From an uncultured Bacteroidia bacterium (GTDB lineage Bacteria > Bacteroidota > Bacteroidia > Bacteroidales > Prolixibacteraceae): a DNA stretch of 64,000 bases. The position numbers and the translations under genes were made by a program. Shown here piece by piece: positions 28,555-39,196 of the stretch. Numbering within the stretch: the first letter of the stretch is position 1; the number at the start of each line of letters is the position of its first letter. Where the stretch lies: assembly GCA_903918045.1 (NCBI GenBank), contig CAIXCY010000082.1:63730-127729 (forward strand), written 5' to 3'. The notes beneath the pieces are model-generated. The model saw only the letters and a program-made list of their open reading frames with translations. It made no database searches and had not been told where the DNA came from.

Positions 28555-30201
28555 ATGAAGCTTATAAATTTAGGAATACTAGTTTTAATGCTAGTGACAT
28601 CAACGATCAATTTGAATGCCCAAAGTATTAATAACCTGGAGAGACCGTCAATTGCCACCTCTGAAGTTAAAACCCTTGATTCACTAAAAACAATTCATCC
28701 GGATACTCTAAAGACCGCCCTCGTTGATACAATACCTACCGAGAATTTGGACAATATTTTATCCGACAAACTCGATTCGATGGTGCATACCTGGTACGTA
28801 CAGAATGCCTTTCCTGTTGATAGCCTTGAGAAAGCCTTTGCATCCGATACCTTGCAACGTGTATTACCAGATTCAGTTTATATCAGCCGACTTCAGAATC
28901 TTGACTCCTATATTCCGCTTCCCTATAATGAGTCGGTGAAGAAATTCATAAATTTTTACCTCAACAGGCGCAAAGGGATGGTCTCCATTATGATGGGACT
29001 TACCAATTACTATTTCCCCCTGTTTGAAGAGGCATTAGCCAAATATGATCTCCCAGCCGAATTAAAATATCTCCCAATTATTGAATCTGCGTTAAACCCT
29101 AAAATAGTTTCAAGAGCCGGGGCTTCCGGATTGTGGCAATTTATGCATGGCACAGCAAAAATGTATGGGCTCGAAATCAATTCATACATCGATGAGCGAA
29201 ATGATCCGATCAAATCTACCGATGCAGCTGCCCGCTATTTAAAAGATCTTTATGCAATTTACGGCGATTGGCATGTTGTTATTGCAGCCTATAATTGCGG
29301 CCCCGGGAATATCAACAAGGCTGTACGGCGATCAGGTGGCAAACAGGGATACTGGGAGATCTATTCCAAACTCCCAAGGGAAACCAGAGGTTATATCCCA
29401 ATCTTTATAGCGGCAAACTACGTAATGAACTATGCCAAGGATCATAATTTATATCCAGTCAGACCTGCCTTTAAGATCTTAACCGACACAATCGTCATAA
29501 ACTCCTACCTGAATTTCGAACAGATCTCATCTGTTTTGAATATCCCTGTTATGGAAATCAGGCAGCTTAATCCTCAATACAAGCGGGATATCATCCCTGC
29601 TAAAGCAGAAAAGCATTTTGTCCTTAAATTACCTATCGACAAAATATCCCCATTTATCGACAGTCAGACTCAGATTTTCGCCTACAACCGCGACAAGTAT
29701 TTTCCGAATAATCAGATCGTTCCGGTCAGAGATGAGCGGGGAAGAACCCTATATTTCGATACCGATGGAAAGAAAAAGATTACCTACACCGTTAAATCGG
29801 GGGATAATCCACGATCTGTTGCGAATAAATATAAGATCACAACAAGCCTCCTTGCCGAATGGAACCATATCCGACACAACCGAATTAAAGTTGGACAAAA
29901 GCTTACCATTTATATTGAAGACAAAACAATTGCAGTTGCGGGTTCTAAAAAGGCAAAAGCTGAAAGTTTAAAAGCAAACGGAACCTCTACTTTGTCTCAG
30001 AAACCTTTGGAAACAATCACTGGACCACTTACCTTTAATGAGGAATACACCTTTTATATCGTGCGGCGCGGTGACAGCCTTTATACTATAGCCAAACAAT
30101 TTGCGGGGGTATCGGATACTGATATTAAATTGCTGAATAATATTAAAAACGCCAGAAACCTTGTAGTAGGTCAGAAACTTAAAATCCCGGTTAAGGCTTA
30201 A
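28555..30201 (+). CDS. MltD-like lytic transglycosylase with two LysM domains
   Basis: SLT core 'ESALNPKIVSRAGASGLWQFM' and 'AAYNCGPGN'. Two C-terminal LysM repeats ('YTVKSGDNPRSVA..', 'YIVRRGDSLYTIA..'). Confidence 0.8.
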   Translation: MKLINLGILVLMLVTSTINLNAQSINNLERPSIATSEVKTLDSLKTIHPDTLKTALVDTIPTENLDNILSDKLDSMVHTWYVQNAFPVDSLEKAFASDTLQRVLPDSVYISRLQNLDSYIPLPYNESVKKFINFYLNRRKGMVSIMMGLTNYYFPLFEEALAKYDLPAELKYLPIIESALNPKIVSRAGASGLWQFMHGTAKMYGLEINSYIDERNDPIKSTDAAARYLKDLYAIYGDWHVVIAAYNCGPGNINKAVRRSGGKQGYWEIYSKLPRETRGYIPIFIAANYVMNYAKDHNLYPVRPAFKILTDTIVINSYLNFEQISSVLNIPVMEIRQLNPQYKRDIIPAKAEKHFVLKLPIDKISPFIDSQTQIFAYNRDKYFPNNQIVPVRDERGRTLYFDTDGKKKITYTVKSGDNPRSVANKYKITTSLLAEWNHIRHNRIKVGQKLTIYIEDKTIAVAGSKKAKAESLKANGTSTLSQKPLETITGPLTFNEEYTFYIVRRGDSLYTIAKQFAGVSDTDIKLLNNIKNARNLVVGQKLKIPVKA

Positions 30202-30210
30202 AATCAAACT

Positions 30211-31635
30211 TTATTTACCATTAATCGGCCGGTTTAAATCACCCAGTCCCAACGCGAGGTTACCCGAAAATACTACATTTGCCTTCACCGATTCAGGGGA
30301 TAAATAGAGGTCTGAAACTGTAAGCCGCACCAACTTTCCATTTAATTCGAATCCGTAAACCAGCGGATAATGGCGGATTAACCTGGTTATCTGCTCTTCA
30401 ATTCCTGAGATGTTGGATTTAAAAGGAATCGCCACCGATCGTGTTATAGCCCGCTCAATTTTACCGTTAAACAGCCATTTTGAAGATTTCATAACAAGGT
30501 TACGGGTTTTAAGGTCAAATTTAAGATCCTTTATCCGAAGCGTAGTATCCTGTTCCTGAAAATACGGGATACCAGTCAGATAGAGGGTTCCATTAATGCT
30601 TCCCGACACCTTCGTTTCAACGGCCATTTTTTCATTGGTACCGTAGACACGGAATGTTTCAAACTTTATACGCCGGGTTCCAAATTGAAAAGTTGAATCA
30701 CCAATCTGCCTGGTGATCATCCTGTTAATTGTTGAATAGGGAATATCAGTTAAAAGATTGATCTTAAAGGTGTCGCTGGCCAATTTTAAAGGTTGTATAT
30801 AGGGTAGTGCAGTAACTTTTCCGGCAGGGGGAATATTATCCATCAAACACATTACATCGGAAGTAATTGCGGCTCCCAGCCGAATATGTCCTGCTGATCC
30901 TTGCACCGGAACCAGGGAGACAGAATAAGGGATAACAGATAACCAGGCATTGTATTCACCGGGAATTTTAAACGGATTAAAGAGCATCCTCCACCCCTTC
31001 TCCGCAAAACCTCTGAAATCGAAACCTGCCGAAATTACCTCATCAATCTGCTTAGAGAAAGTTTTAAGATAAACCGGCAAGAGCAGGTTCGCAACGATAG
31101 TTACCGGAATATCGACATTCCCGATTTTAACTGCGGGCTTCTTTGTCCAGGTATAACCATCCGGTGTAGTGGTTGTCTTTATGCTCCAGTCGCGGTTTAC
31201 GGTTAATTTGGTTTTATACCTAAGCCTGATTTGACCCGAATATTCCCACGAATCAATCATAGGAAGATTATATCCAAACAGTTTTACCCCTTTCTGAAAG
31301 GTGACCCGGGCCGGCAACTCCCAGCTTAATTCATCCTGATCAAACTTTAATTTAATCACTCCGGCCCTCCACGCTTTGAGCTTCAGGTTATCATTCCCGT
31401 TATCCACAAAGCTGGTATCCTGATAAAGGACACTATCAACATGTTGATTAACTATTTCCTGAAGTTTTGAGATCTCAAGATCAGCATACAAATTTATAAT
31501 TGAAGTTTGAGGCTTTTGAAGGATTGAATTATAGTTCTCTGCGGGCATCGGAGGTTTTAAGACATTGCATTGATTCAGCAGAAGAAGGGAACACATAACT
31601 GCAAAATATCGGATTTGAACACTACGAACAATCAT
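30211..31635 (-). CDS. Hypothetical lipoprotein (DUF4403-like)
   Basis: Long clean ORF. The internal start MIVRS... gives a lipobox-like 'LLLNQC'. The family name is from memory only. Confidence 0.45.
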   Translation of the reverse strand: MIVRSVQIRYFAVMCSLLLLNQCNVLKPPMPAENYNSILQKPQTSIINLYADLEISKLQEIVNQHVDSVLYQDTSFVDNGNDNLKLKAWRAGVIKLKFDQDELSWELPARVTFQKGVKLFGYNLPMIDSWEYSGQIRLRYKTKLTVNRDWSIKTTTTPDGYTWTKKPAVKIGNVDIPVTIVANLLLPVYLKTFSKQIDEVISAGFDFRGFAEKGWRMLFNPFKIPGEYNAWLSVIPYSVSLVPVQGSAGHIRLGAAITSDVMCLMDNIPPAGKVTALPYIQPLKLASDTFKINLLTDIPYSTINRMITRQIGDSTFQFGTRRIKFETFRVYGTNEKMAVETKVSGSINGTLYLTGIPYFQEQDTTLRIKDLKFDLKTRNLVMKSSKWLFNGKIERAITRSVAIPFKSNISGIEEQITRLIRHYPLVYGFELNGKLVRLTVSDLYLSPESVKANVVFSGNLALGLGDLNRPINGK

Positions 31636-31737
31636 AACTTTAACGATAAAAAAATTTGTTAAGAGCCAATGGCAGACTGGAAAAAGCACAAACCGAATTC
31701 AGTGGAATAACAAAAAGCTAAAGCCGAAACGGATCCA

Positions 31738-32550
31738 TCACATCATTGATATTAATTCCCTGATGATCAAACTCATTTTTGGTTCAGCATTTCGTGCTAC
31801 CTGCTGAACCTCTTCATGGGAAATCTCTACTATCTCTCCGGGAACACCACTATCTGTAATTATTGAGATTCCGAAAACGCGCATCCCCATATGACGGGCA
31901 ACAATCACCTCCGGGACTGTTGACATCCCAATAGCATCACCTCCCAATATCCGAAACATCTTATATTCTGCAGGGGTTTCAAAGGTTGGACCTGCAACAC
32001 CAACATACACACCTTCCTTAAGGTCAATGTGATTTGAAACTGCAATCCTTCGGGCAAGGTTACAGAGATGGTTGTCGTAACTCTGGCTCATATCGGGAAA
32101 CCGGGTACCCAACTCACTGATATTCTGGCCAATTAGTGGATTTGTGCCAAACATATTAATATGGTCATTGATCATCATCAGATCACCAACTTTGAATCCG
32201 GGGTTAAGTCCTCCACTGGCATTGGAGACACAAATTGTTTGTATTCCGAGGTCATGCATCACTCTGACCGGAAAGGTGACCTGCTGCATATCGTATCCTT
32301 CATAAAAATGGAACCGACCCTGCATTGCAATAATATTCTTTCCACCCAGCTTCCCGAAAATCAGCTCACCTTTGTGACCCTCAACGGTTGAAACCGGGAA
32401 ATTGGGAATATTCTGATAAGGTAAGGTCTGAATGATCTCAATCTCGTTAACCAACCCGCCCAGACCGGTACCCAGAATAATCCCGGTTTCGGCTTTAAGC
32501 CCAATTGCTGCTTGAATAAAAGTTGAAGTTTCCTTTATTTTCTTTAACAT
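31738..32550 (-). CDS. Purine nucleoside phosphorylase (PunA type)
   Basis: 'ILGTGLGG', 'STVEGHKGEL', 'MQGRFHFYEGY' and 'GMSTVPEV' are PNP family I motifs. Confidence 0.85.
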   Translation of the reverse strand: MLKKIKETSTFIQAAIGLKAETGIILGTGLGGLVNEIEIIQTLPYQNIPNFPVSTVEGHKGELIFGKLGGKNIIAMQGRFHFYEGYDMQQVTFPVRVMHDLGIQTICVSNASGGLNPGFKVGDLMMINDHINMFGTNPLIGQNISELGTRFPDMSQSYDNHLCNLARRIAVSNHIDLKEGVYVGVAGPTFETPAEYKMFRILGGDAIGMSTVPEVIVARHMGMRVFGISIITDSGVPGEIVEISHEEVQQVARNAEPKMSLIIRELISMM

Positions 32551-33589
32551 ATCTCAGAATTTTTCGGTCAAATTCTTTTCCGGCATCATTCAAGAAACTA
32601 ATTTTTACAGGAATGTAATACATCACTTGTCGGATCTGATCAGGAATTGAGTTCATATCCCGAAATCTCACCATATCTTTTTCGGTAGTTATGATAATTT
32701 TTCTTTGGTTTTCCAGTGAATCCAGTTTATTTTGGATACGATCAATATCCTTTGAAGTAAACGAATGATGATCAGAGAAACTGATCTCATGAATATCATG
32801 CGAACCATGTTTAATATACTCCTTTAAAGGTAAGGGATTTGCGATACCTGTAATCATTAAAACGGTTAATCCCTCAGTTAGTTCGGTTACGGGTTCAGCC
32901 AAATCTTCCGTATAGACTGGGATTAATGGTCCGTAATCGATCTTGGAGAAATAAAGGTTCTGATAGGGTCTGATATCAAGCTCTTTGGTAATTATCCGCT
33001 CATCGATAGGCTTTATTTCTGATGGGCATTTAGTCACGATGATGATTGTTGCCCTGGATTTATTTGAAGCCGATTCTCGCAACCGCCCATAGGGAAGAAG
33101 AGAATCCTTGGTAATCAATCGGTTAAAATCAGTCAACAGGATATTGATACCTGGAGTTACATACTGGTGCTGAAAGGCATCATCCAGGATTATTACAGCC
33201 GGTTTTTCGGGACGAACGATTAATTTCTTAATTCCTCTAACGCGCTTTGCATCAACGGCGACCAGTATATTTTTAAATTTCAATTTAATCTGCAATGGTT
33301 CGTCTCCAACTTCCCGAACTTTGGAGGATGCCTCGACCATAAAAAATCCGCGGGTTTTTCTTTTATATCCCCTGCTCAACACTGCAACCATAAATTTTGA
33401 TTTCAATAAATCGACAATATACTCGGTATGGGGGGTTTTGCCGGTTCCTCCCACGGTGATATTTCCTACCGAAATTATTGGTAAGTCAAATTCTTTTGAC
33501 GAGAGTATACGGAGAGAAAACAGCTCATTTCTCAATCCCACAGCAATGCCATAAAACAGCGCTAATAATTTAAGAAAGATATACTTCAC
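32495..33589 (-). CDS. lpxK: Tetraacyldisaccharide 4'-kinase
   Basis: 'ISVGNITVGGTGKTP' P-loop and 'ILDDAFQH'. Confidence 0.85.
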   Translation of the reverse strand: MKYIFLKLLALFYGIAVGLRNELFSLRILSSKEFDLPIISVGNITVGGTGKTPHTEYIVDLLKSKFMVAVLSRGYKRKTRGFFMVEASSKVREVGDEPLQIKLKFKNILVAVDAKRVRGIKKLIVRPEKPAVIILDDAFQHQYVTPGINILLTDFNRLITKDSLLPYGRLRESASNKSRATIIIVTKCPSEIKPIDERIITKELDIRPYQNLYFSKIDYGPLIPVYTEDLAEPVTELTEGLTVLMITGIANPLPLKEYIKHGSHDIHEISFSDHHSFTSKDIDRIQNKLDSLENQRKIIITTEKDMVRFRDMNSIPDQIRQVMYYIPVKISFLNDAGKEFDRKILRYVKENKGNFNFYSSSNWA

Positions 33590-33604
33590 CGTTTATTTTT
33601 AAAG

Positions 33605-35383
33605 CTAATTAATGTCAAGATTATAAGGCATTCTGGCGTAAAGGCCATTAGCATGAGCCTCTCGGGAGAAGTTTTCCCAAAGGTGGTAGGATTCTCCCAA
33701 TTTTGATTCCAGGAAGCTGTTTTGCATCTTTGTTGAGAAGCTCTTCATCAGCTCTTCGAATGTATCCTTTTGTTTAGGTAATTCTTTTATCCGGTAATTT
33801 TTTATTTTAGCTTTTAGAGCAGCAAGTTTAACCGCATCCTTCAACCCCCCAAATTCGTCAACGAGACCGTTTAGTTTCCCGTTTTCACCGCTCCAAACCC
33901 GCCCCTGTCCGATTGAATCAACAAAGGTGGTGGTCATCCTGCGACCTTCAGCCACATGCGAGATAAAAGTATTATAAGTCGACTCAACATAGCTTTGCAT
34001 TAGATCCTTCTCGAATGGTGTCATTTTACGGGTCATCGAAGGCATATCGGAATGGTCGTTGGTAGAAACATTATCGAATGTAATCCCGATTTTATCGGTA
34101 AGCAATCCGCTAAGATTTGGGATAGTCCCAAAAACACCTATCGATCCTGTAATCGTTGTTGGATTTGCCAGGATTGCATCTGCACCGCATGCAATATAAT
34201 AGCCACCTGATGCCGCATAATCACCCATTGAGACGACCACCGGTTTCACTTTCTGGGCAAGGATTACCTCACGCCAGATGACCTCAGAGCCGAAGGCTGA
34301 CCCCCCGGGGGAATTAACCCTTAATACAATAGCCTTTACAGCAGAATCGGTTCGGGCCTCCCGTATCCCTTTAGAAACTTCTTTGGAATCAATCTGATAA
34401 GGTCCATCTGTTCCACCGTCAATCTCACCAGAGGCATAAACAACCGCAATCCTGTCTTTTGCCAATCCTCCGGCGACTATTGGTTTAGGTACTTTATCAT
34501 ACTCTCCCACAGAAACAACAGGAATCTCCTCATTTCCACCCAGACCGGTAAGTTTTCTGAAGTCGGCCAATACCTGATCCTTGTATTTTAAATTATCGAA
34601 AAACCTGCATTTTAATGCTCTATCAGGTTTCTGAAAGGTCATTACTCCATTTGCATACCTGTTCAGGCTGTCAACAGGAATTGATCTGCGTTCAGAAATA
34701 CCCTTTAACACATGATTCCAGATACTTTTGAGATATACCGTAGTTTGTTCTCTGTTCGCATCAGACATTTTGTCAAACAAATAAGGTTCAACAGCCGACT
34801 TGAACTTATTATTCTTCCCACGAACCACCTGCATTTCGATGCCAAATTTATCGAGTGCCTTCTTAAAAAAAGTATGTTCTGCATTTAATCCGCGAAAATC
34901 AAACATACCCATAGGATTCAAAATCAGGCTATCGGAAACCGTGGCTAAATAATAGGCCTTTTGTGAGATCATGTCGGCATAGGTATAAATAAATTTCCCT
35001 GAGGTTTTAAAATCTATGAGTGCATTTCTGATCTCCTCAACAGTGGCATATCCTGAATTAATCTCAGAAAGTTCAAGGTAAATCCCTTTAATACGGTCAT
35101 CTGTTTTAGCTTTTTCGATACACTCAAGTATCTGATTCAGACCTGTGGTATTGGATACTTTAATCCCGGGAATCTCAAGATCTTCAAAAGGATTATTTGA
35201 CTTCCGTTCAACAATCTTTCCATCAAGTTTAAGGATGAGCAATGACTGGCTTTTGATTGTAACAATCTGATCTTTAAAGGAGGTAAGAGCAGAAACCATT
35301 CCAATAAGGAGGATAATCAGTAAAAATGATCCCACGATAATGGCAAGAAGTGACGCAAAAAATGCTTTCCAAAAAATTTTCAT
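33605..35383 (-). CDS. sppA: Signal peptide peptidase SppA, 67K type
   Basis: N-terminal TM helix and two S49 domains ('RVNSPGGSAFGSE', 'MGDYAASGGYYIA'). Confidence 0.85.
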   Translation of the reverse strand: MKIFWKAFFASLLAIIVGSFLLIILLIGMVSALTSFKDQIVTIKSQSLLILKLDGKIVERKSNNPFEDLEIPGIKVSNTTGLNQILECIEKAKTDDRIKGIYLELSEINSGYATVEEIRNALIDFKTSGKFIYTYADMISQKAYYLATVSDSLILNPMGMFDFRGLNAEHTFFKKALDKFGIEMQVVRGKNNKFKSAVEPYLFDKMSDANREQTTVYLKSIWNHVLKGISERRSIPVDSLNRYANGVMTFQKPDRALKCRFFDNLKYKDQVLADFRKLTGLGGNEEIPVVSVGEYDKVPKPIVAGGLAKDRIAVVYASGEIDGGTDGPYQIDSKEVSKGIREARTDSAVKAIVLRVNSPGGSAFGSEVIWREVILAQKVKPVVVSMGDYAASGGYYIACGADAILANPTTITGSIGVFGTIPNLSGLLTDKIGITFDNVSTNDHSDMPSMTRKMTPFEKDLMQSYVESTYNTFISHVAEGRRMTTTFVDSIGQGRVWSGENGKLNGLVDEFGGLKDAVKLAALKAKIKNYRIKELPKQKDTFEELMKSFSTKMQNSFLESKLGESYHLWENFSREAHANGLYARMPYNLDIN

Positions 35384-35474
35384 AGGTGCTTACGATATTG
35401 AAATGCAGGTATTATTCAATTATTTCTGAATTATCCTTACTATTGTTGTTATAAATTATGCAAATTTAAAAAAA

Positions 35475-35975
35475 ATGGCCGAAGTTTTTATCCTTTTAGG
35501 TGGTAATGTGGGAGATAAGCCCAAAATATTAGGGCAGGTACGAAAACTGATCCGGGAAAGAGCAGGAATAATCACCAGATCTTCGTCGGTATATGCCACA
35601 GAGTCGTGGGGATTTAAATCGGAACTGTTCTGGAATCAGGTCATTGTCATTGAAACGAAACTCAATCCTTTCGAAATGTTGGCCTGTAGTCAGGGTATTG
35701 AACACGAGATGGGGCGAATCCGGAAACCAATAATTAATAATGAATCAACTACTTACCAGGAGCGGACTATTGATATCGACCTCCTCTTTTATAATGACTT
35801 AATAATTGATACGAAAGAACTTACAATCCCTCATCCGAAAATAGGCGAGCGTAGATTTGTATTGGTACCACTAGCCGAACTGGCACCCGATAAATGTCAT
35901 CCGGTTAAAGGTAAGCGAATTCAGGAATTGCTTTCCCTTTGCAGTGATCAGTTAAAGGTAAATCGGATTGACTAG
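35475..35975 (+). CDS. folK: 2-amino-4-hydroxy-6-hydroxymethyldihydropteridine diphosphokinase
   Basis: 'LGGNVGD', 'RTIDIDLL', 'IPHPKIGERRFVLVPL'. Confidence 0.85.
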   Translation: MAEVFILLGGNVGDKPKILGQVRKLIRERAGIITRSSSVYATESWGFKSELFWNQVIVIETKLNPFEMLACSQGIEHEMGRIRKPIINNESTTYQERTIDIDLLFYNDLIIDTKELTIPHPKIGERRFVLVPLAELAPDKCHPVKGKRIQELLSLCSDQLKVNRID

Positions 35976-36655
35976 AAGTGGGTAGATTTTACCCGCTCCT
36001 TTGAATCGATCTTCTCCCCGAATGCGAGGTCCCCGGCATCTCCTAATCCGGGAACAATATAAGCCTTAGGGGTCATTCCGGAATCGATAGCTCCAACCCA
36101 GAGTGTAATCTTATCGTTTGGAAGAGTTTTCATAACATGGTCAACCCCTTGCTGACTGGCAATCACGCAAACCAGATGGACATGGCTTGGTTCCCCTTTT
36201 TCCAGTAAGGCGTAGTAAGCCATCTCCATCGAAGAACCTGTTGCCAACATCGGATCTACCATAATCACCACCTTATTATCGAGAAGCGGAGAAGCGATGT
36301 ATTCAAATTCGATATGGAACTCTCCATCGGGATCGTATTTTCGATAAGCAGAGATAAAACAGTTTTCAGCCTTGTCGAAATAGTTCAGGAAACCCTGGTG
36401 TAGCGGGAGGCCCGCGCGGAGTATTGTGGCCAGTACAGGTTGATGATCAAGCATCGGAATTTTGGCCGTACCAAGTGGTGTTGTAACATCTTTGGTCTTA
36501 TAATTCAGCTTCTTACTGATTTCATAAGAAAATATCTCGCCAACCCGTTCAAGATTTCTTCTGAACCGAAGGGGATCTTTCTGTATTACTTCGTCCCGGA
36601 TCTCTGCGATGAATTGATTGAATAAGGAGTTAGTCTCGCCTAATAAATGTATCAT
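35972..36655 (-). CDS. upp: Uracil phosphoribosyltransferase
   Basis: 'VVIMVDPMLATGSS' PRPP loop and 'YIVPGLGDAGD'. The internal ATG at 36655 removes the overlap with radC. Confidence 0.85.
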   Translation of the reverse strand: MIHLLGETNSLFNQFIAEIRDEVIQKDPLRFRRNLERVGEIFSYEISKKLNYKTKDVTTPLGTAKIPMLDHQPVLATILRAGLPLHQGFLNYFDKAENCFISAYRKYDPDGEFHIEFEYIASPLLDNKVVIMVDPMLATGSSMEMAYYALLEKGEPSHVHLVCVIASQQGVDHVMKTLPNDKITLWVGAIDSGMTPKAYIVPGLGDAGDLAFGEKIDSKERVKSTHF

Positions 36656-36686
36656 TGGAAAATTTTGCCCAAAAATAAAAAATATA

Positions 36687-37382
36687 TTACAACAAACCCT
36701 CGTCTGCAAAACTAAAATAACCTCCCTGGGTAATTATCAGATGGTCGAGCAGTGGAATATCAAGAATAATGCCGGCCTCTTTTAATTGTCTTGTTATTTT
36801 GCGGTCTGCTTCACTTGCCTCCAGATTGCCTGATGGGTGATTATGGGCAAAAATAAGTGAAGTGGCATGCTTTTCGATGGCCATTTTAAGAACCAGACGG
36901 ACATCAATAACGGTTCCTGTGATTCCTCCCTGACTCAGACAATGTTTATCAATGACTTTATTTTGCCTGTTCATAAATAATGCCCAGAACTCCTCATGTG
37001 GTAAATCCCCGATCAGGGGGCGCAGAAAATTGGCAACATCATTACTTCCTGTGATCTTATTCATTTCAAGAGCGGAGGCGTGGTTTCTGCGCCTCCCAAG
37101 CTCCATAGCAGCGATGATAGAGATCGCCTTTGCATCTCCGATCCCCTTAAAGGTTTTCAGATTTTCGACGTTCATCTTACCAAGTTCATTCAGATTGTTT
37201 TTTACATTCTTCATGATCCGGCGCGAAAGTTCAACCGCAGATTCATCATTGCTGCCGCTGCCAATCAATATCGCAATTAATTCAACATCAGTAAGGGAAC
37301 CTATTCCCCGATATAATAGCTTTTCACGTGGACGGTCCTCCAACGCCCAATCCTTAATATTCTTCCTCTGGTACGGTTCCAT
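36687..37382 (-). CDS. radC: RadC-family JAB/MPN domain protein
   Basis: 'FAHNHPSGNLEASEAD' JAMM motif and an N-terminal helix-hairpin-helix region. Confidence 0.85.
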   Translation of the reverse strand: MEPYQRKNIKDWALEDRPREKLLYRGIGSLTDVELIAILIGSGSNDESAVELSRRIMKNVKNNLNELGKMNVENLKTFKGIGDAKAISIIAAMELGRRRNHASALEMNKITGSNDVANFLRPLIGDLPHEEFWALFMNRQNKVIDKHCLSQGGITGTVIDVRLVLKMAIEKHATSLIFAHNHPSGNLEASEADRKITRQLKEAGIILDIPLLDHLIITQGGYFSFADEGLL

Positions 37383-37497
37383 CCTGATTGGTTTTATTGC
37401 TTAGGTCTGACACCAAATTTAACCAATAAACAGGAGAATAACAAAAAAAGCCCACCCGATTAAGGATGAGCTTCACAAAATATTTTGGTGCAGGAAA

Positions 37498-37749
37498 TTA
37501 CAGGCTGTTAACGTGTAATGCGAGACTTGATTTTAAGTTTGAGGCCTTGTTTTTGTGAATAACATTCTGCTTTGCAAGTTTATCCAACATCGTAGCTACC
37601 CTTGGGAAAAGCTCTGCTGCAGCAGCTTTCTCTGTGGTTTCACGTAATAAACGAACCGCATTACGGGTTGTTTTTGAATAATACTTGTTATGCAGGCGAC
37701 GAACTTCACTCTGCTTAGCTCTTTTAATAGCTGATTTATGGTTTGCCAT
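37498..37749 (-). CDS. rpsT: 30S ribosomal protein S20
   Basis: '[18 protein letters not shown]...' is typical of S20. 83 aa. Confidence 0.9.
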   Translation of the reverse strand: MANHKSAIKRAKQSEVRRLHNKYYSKTTRNAVRLLRETTEKAAAAELFPRVATMLDKLAKQNVIHKNKASNLKSSLALHVNSL

Positions 37750-37781
37750 TTCTTATAAAAATTTCTTCGTTCTAAAATTTG

Positions 37782-37853
37782 TAGTCTGTAGGGGATTCGA
37801 ACCCCTATGGCAAGAATGAAAATCTTGAATCCTAACCCTTAGATGAACAGACC
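37782..37853 (-). tRNA. tRNA-Glu (anticodon UUC)
   Basis: Folded by hand. Acceptor GGTCTGT/ACAGACT (first pair G-U), D stem ATCT/GGAT, anticodon stem CAAGA/TCTTG with loop TT-TTC-AT, T arm AGGGG-TTCGAAT-CCCCT, discriminator A. 72 nt, CCA not encoded. Confidence 0.85.
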
Positions 37854-38258
37854 ATCTGATTAATTCCCCATTGTTTGGGGTCGTAAAAGTAATCTATTTT
37901 TTTAAACTGACCACAAAATTGAACAGTTAAAAATCAAAATAAATATGCCGTGGCCTTATTTATTTTAGCGTTGCAAAGAAAGGAACTATTTCTCAGAATG
38001 ACAAGGTGAATCGAAAAAAAAATAAACAATTTATAATTATTATAATTCACTGACAATGAATGGGTGTCTGTGATTAATTCAGAACCGGGTATCCCTAAAA
38101 TCAGTTTTTTTATATCTTTACAACGAAATTAGTGGAACAGAAGGGGTAATTCAACTCCAAATAATGTTATTTTAAAATTTAAACACCCCTGAAAAATTAA
38201 ACAAACGCTATCAATATCCTCCGAATTTGGGCAATATTGAAAATTTAGAACTTAAAAT

Positions 38259-39062
38259 ATGAACTACAAATTATCTGTTTTTGCAGGAATTACATTAATT
38301 CTGACGATTGCTTTAGGTTGTTCTCCTTCAAAACAGGAGCTCGCTGCAAAGAAAATCAGAGCTTCAGAGGTGTGTCTGGCCAAAGGTGACACCTTAAATT
38401 GCCTGCTTCATCTCGATTCTATCGTTAAACGGTATCCTGAAGCCGTTACAGAGCTTCATAATGCAATTGAAATCAGCAACCGAATCTATGGCGCTCAATT
38501 GGCAAAACAACGCGAAAACCTCGCTAAAGCCAATATCCTGATCGCAGTCCTGATTAAGGAATTCAAACCCGAGAAGGGGGAGTTCGAAAAATATACCAAT
38601 TATATCCCGAACCGCCAGGTATTCGACAAAAGCTGGGCACGCTCATTTGTTCAGGTGACCCTCAATGAAAAGGGTGACCTGACTCTTGCCAGCAATTATA
38701 TTGGTGAATCGTGGCTCGATCATACCTCATTCCGGATCATTGGCGATCGGTTTGAAGTGAAAACAGATTCTGTTTCCCTGGACAATGTCAATAACCATCA
38801 CAGTGATTTTACCCCTTCGAAGTGGGAGAAGGTAACCTTCCGCGGAGCCAATGCAGATCAGGTTATTGCAATGATTGCTGCGAATTGGGATAAGAAACTC
38901 AAAGCGGTCTTTAAGGGGAAAGGGAAGACAACTTACATAATGTGGCTTGAAGATTATGATAAAAAAGCCTTTAAAAGCTCTTATGAACTTTCAAAGGCGT
39001 TTAAGGTTAAAAGTGAAGCTGAAAAATTAATACCGATTTTGGAGAAAAAGATCAAATCCTGA
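38259..39062 (+). CDS. Hypothetical lipoprotein
   Basis: Lipobox 'IALGCS'. No recognisable domain. Confidence 0.45.
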   Translation: MNYKLSVFAGITLILTIALGCSPSKQELAAKKIRASEVCLAKGDTLNCLLHLDSIVKRYPEAVTELHNAIEISNRIYGAQLAKQRENLAKANILIAVLIKEFKPEKGEFEKYTNYIPNRQVFDKSWARSFVQVTLNEKGDLTLASNYIGESWLDHTSFRIIGDRFEVKTDSVSLDNVNNHHSDFTPSKWEKVTFRGANADQVIAMIAANWDKKLKAVFKGKGKTTYIMWLEDYDKKAFKSSYELSKAFKVKSEAEKLIPILEKKIKS

Positions 39063-39140
39063 CAATAATTTGGAGTTTCCATCCTGCAAAATAATCAAGC
39101 GCTGTTGCTTCAGGTAAATGCACGAAAATAAATTTTATTA

Positions 39141-39175
39141 AAAAAGTCCGAAGAAAATTCTCTTCGGACTTTTTT
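39141..39175. terminator. Bidirectional terminator between convergent genes
   Basis: aaaaagtccgaaga / tcttcggacttttt perfect stem, flanked by an A run and a T run. Confidence 0.8.
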
Positions 39176-39196
39176 AATTTATAGAGTCGATAATGA

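Noticed and set aside
32495-32550. 56-nt overlap between the lpxK 3' end and the purine nucleoside phosphorylase 5' end
   Set aside because: Both N- and C-terminal sequences look genuine, and same-strand overlaps of this size do occur. I have no evidence of a frameshift or fusion, so the overlap is recorded without being raised as a finding.
36952-37404. 150-aa ORF antisense to radC, and similar antisense ORFs at 3176-3586, 5374-5928, 51285-51737 and 55457-55885
   Set aside because: Each lies entirely inside a strongly supported gene on the opposite strand and has skewed, Ser/Arg/Leu-rich composition typical of antisense frames.
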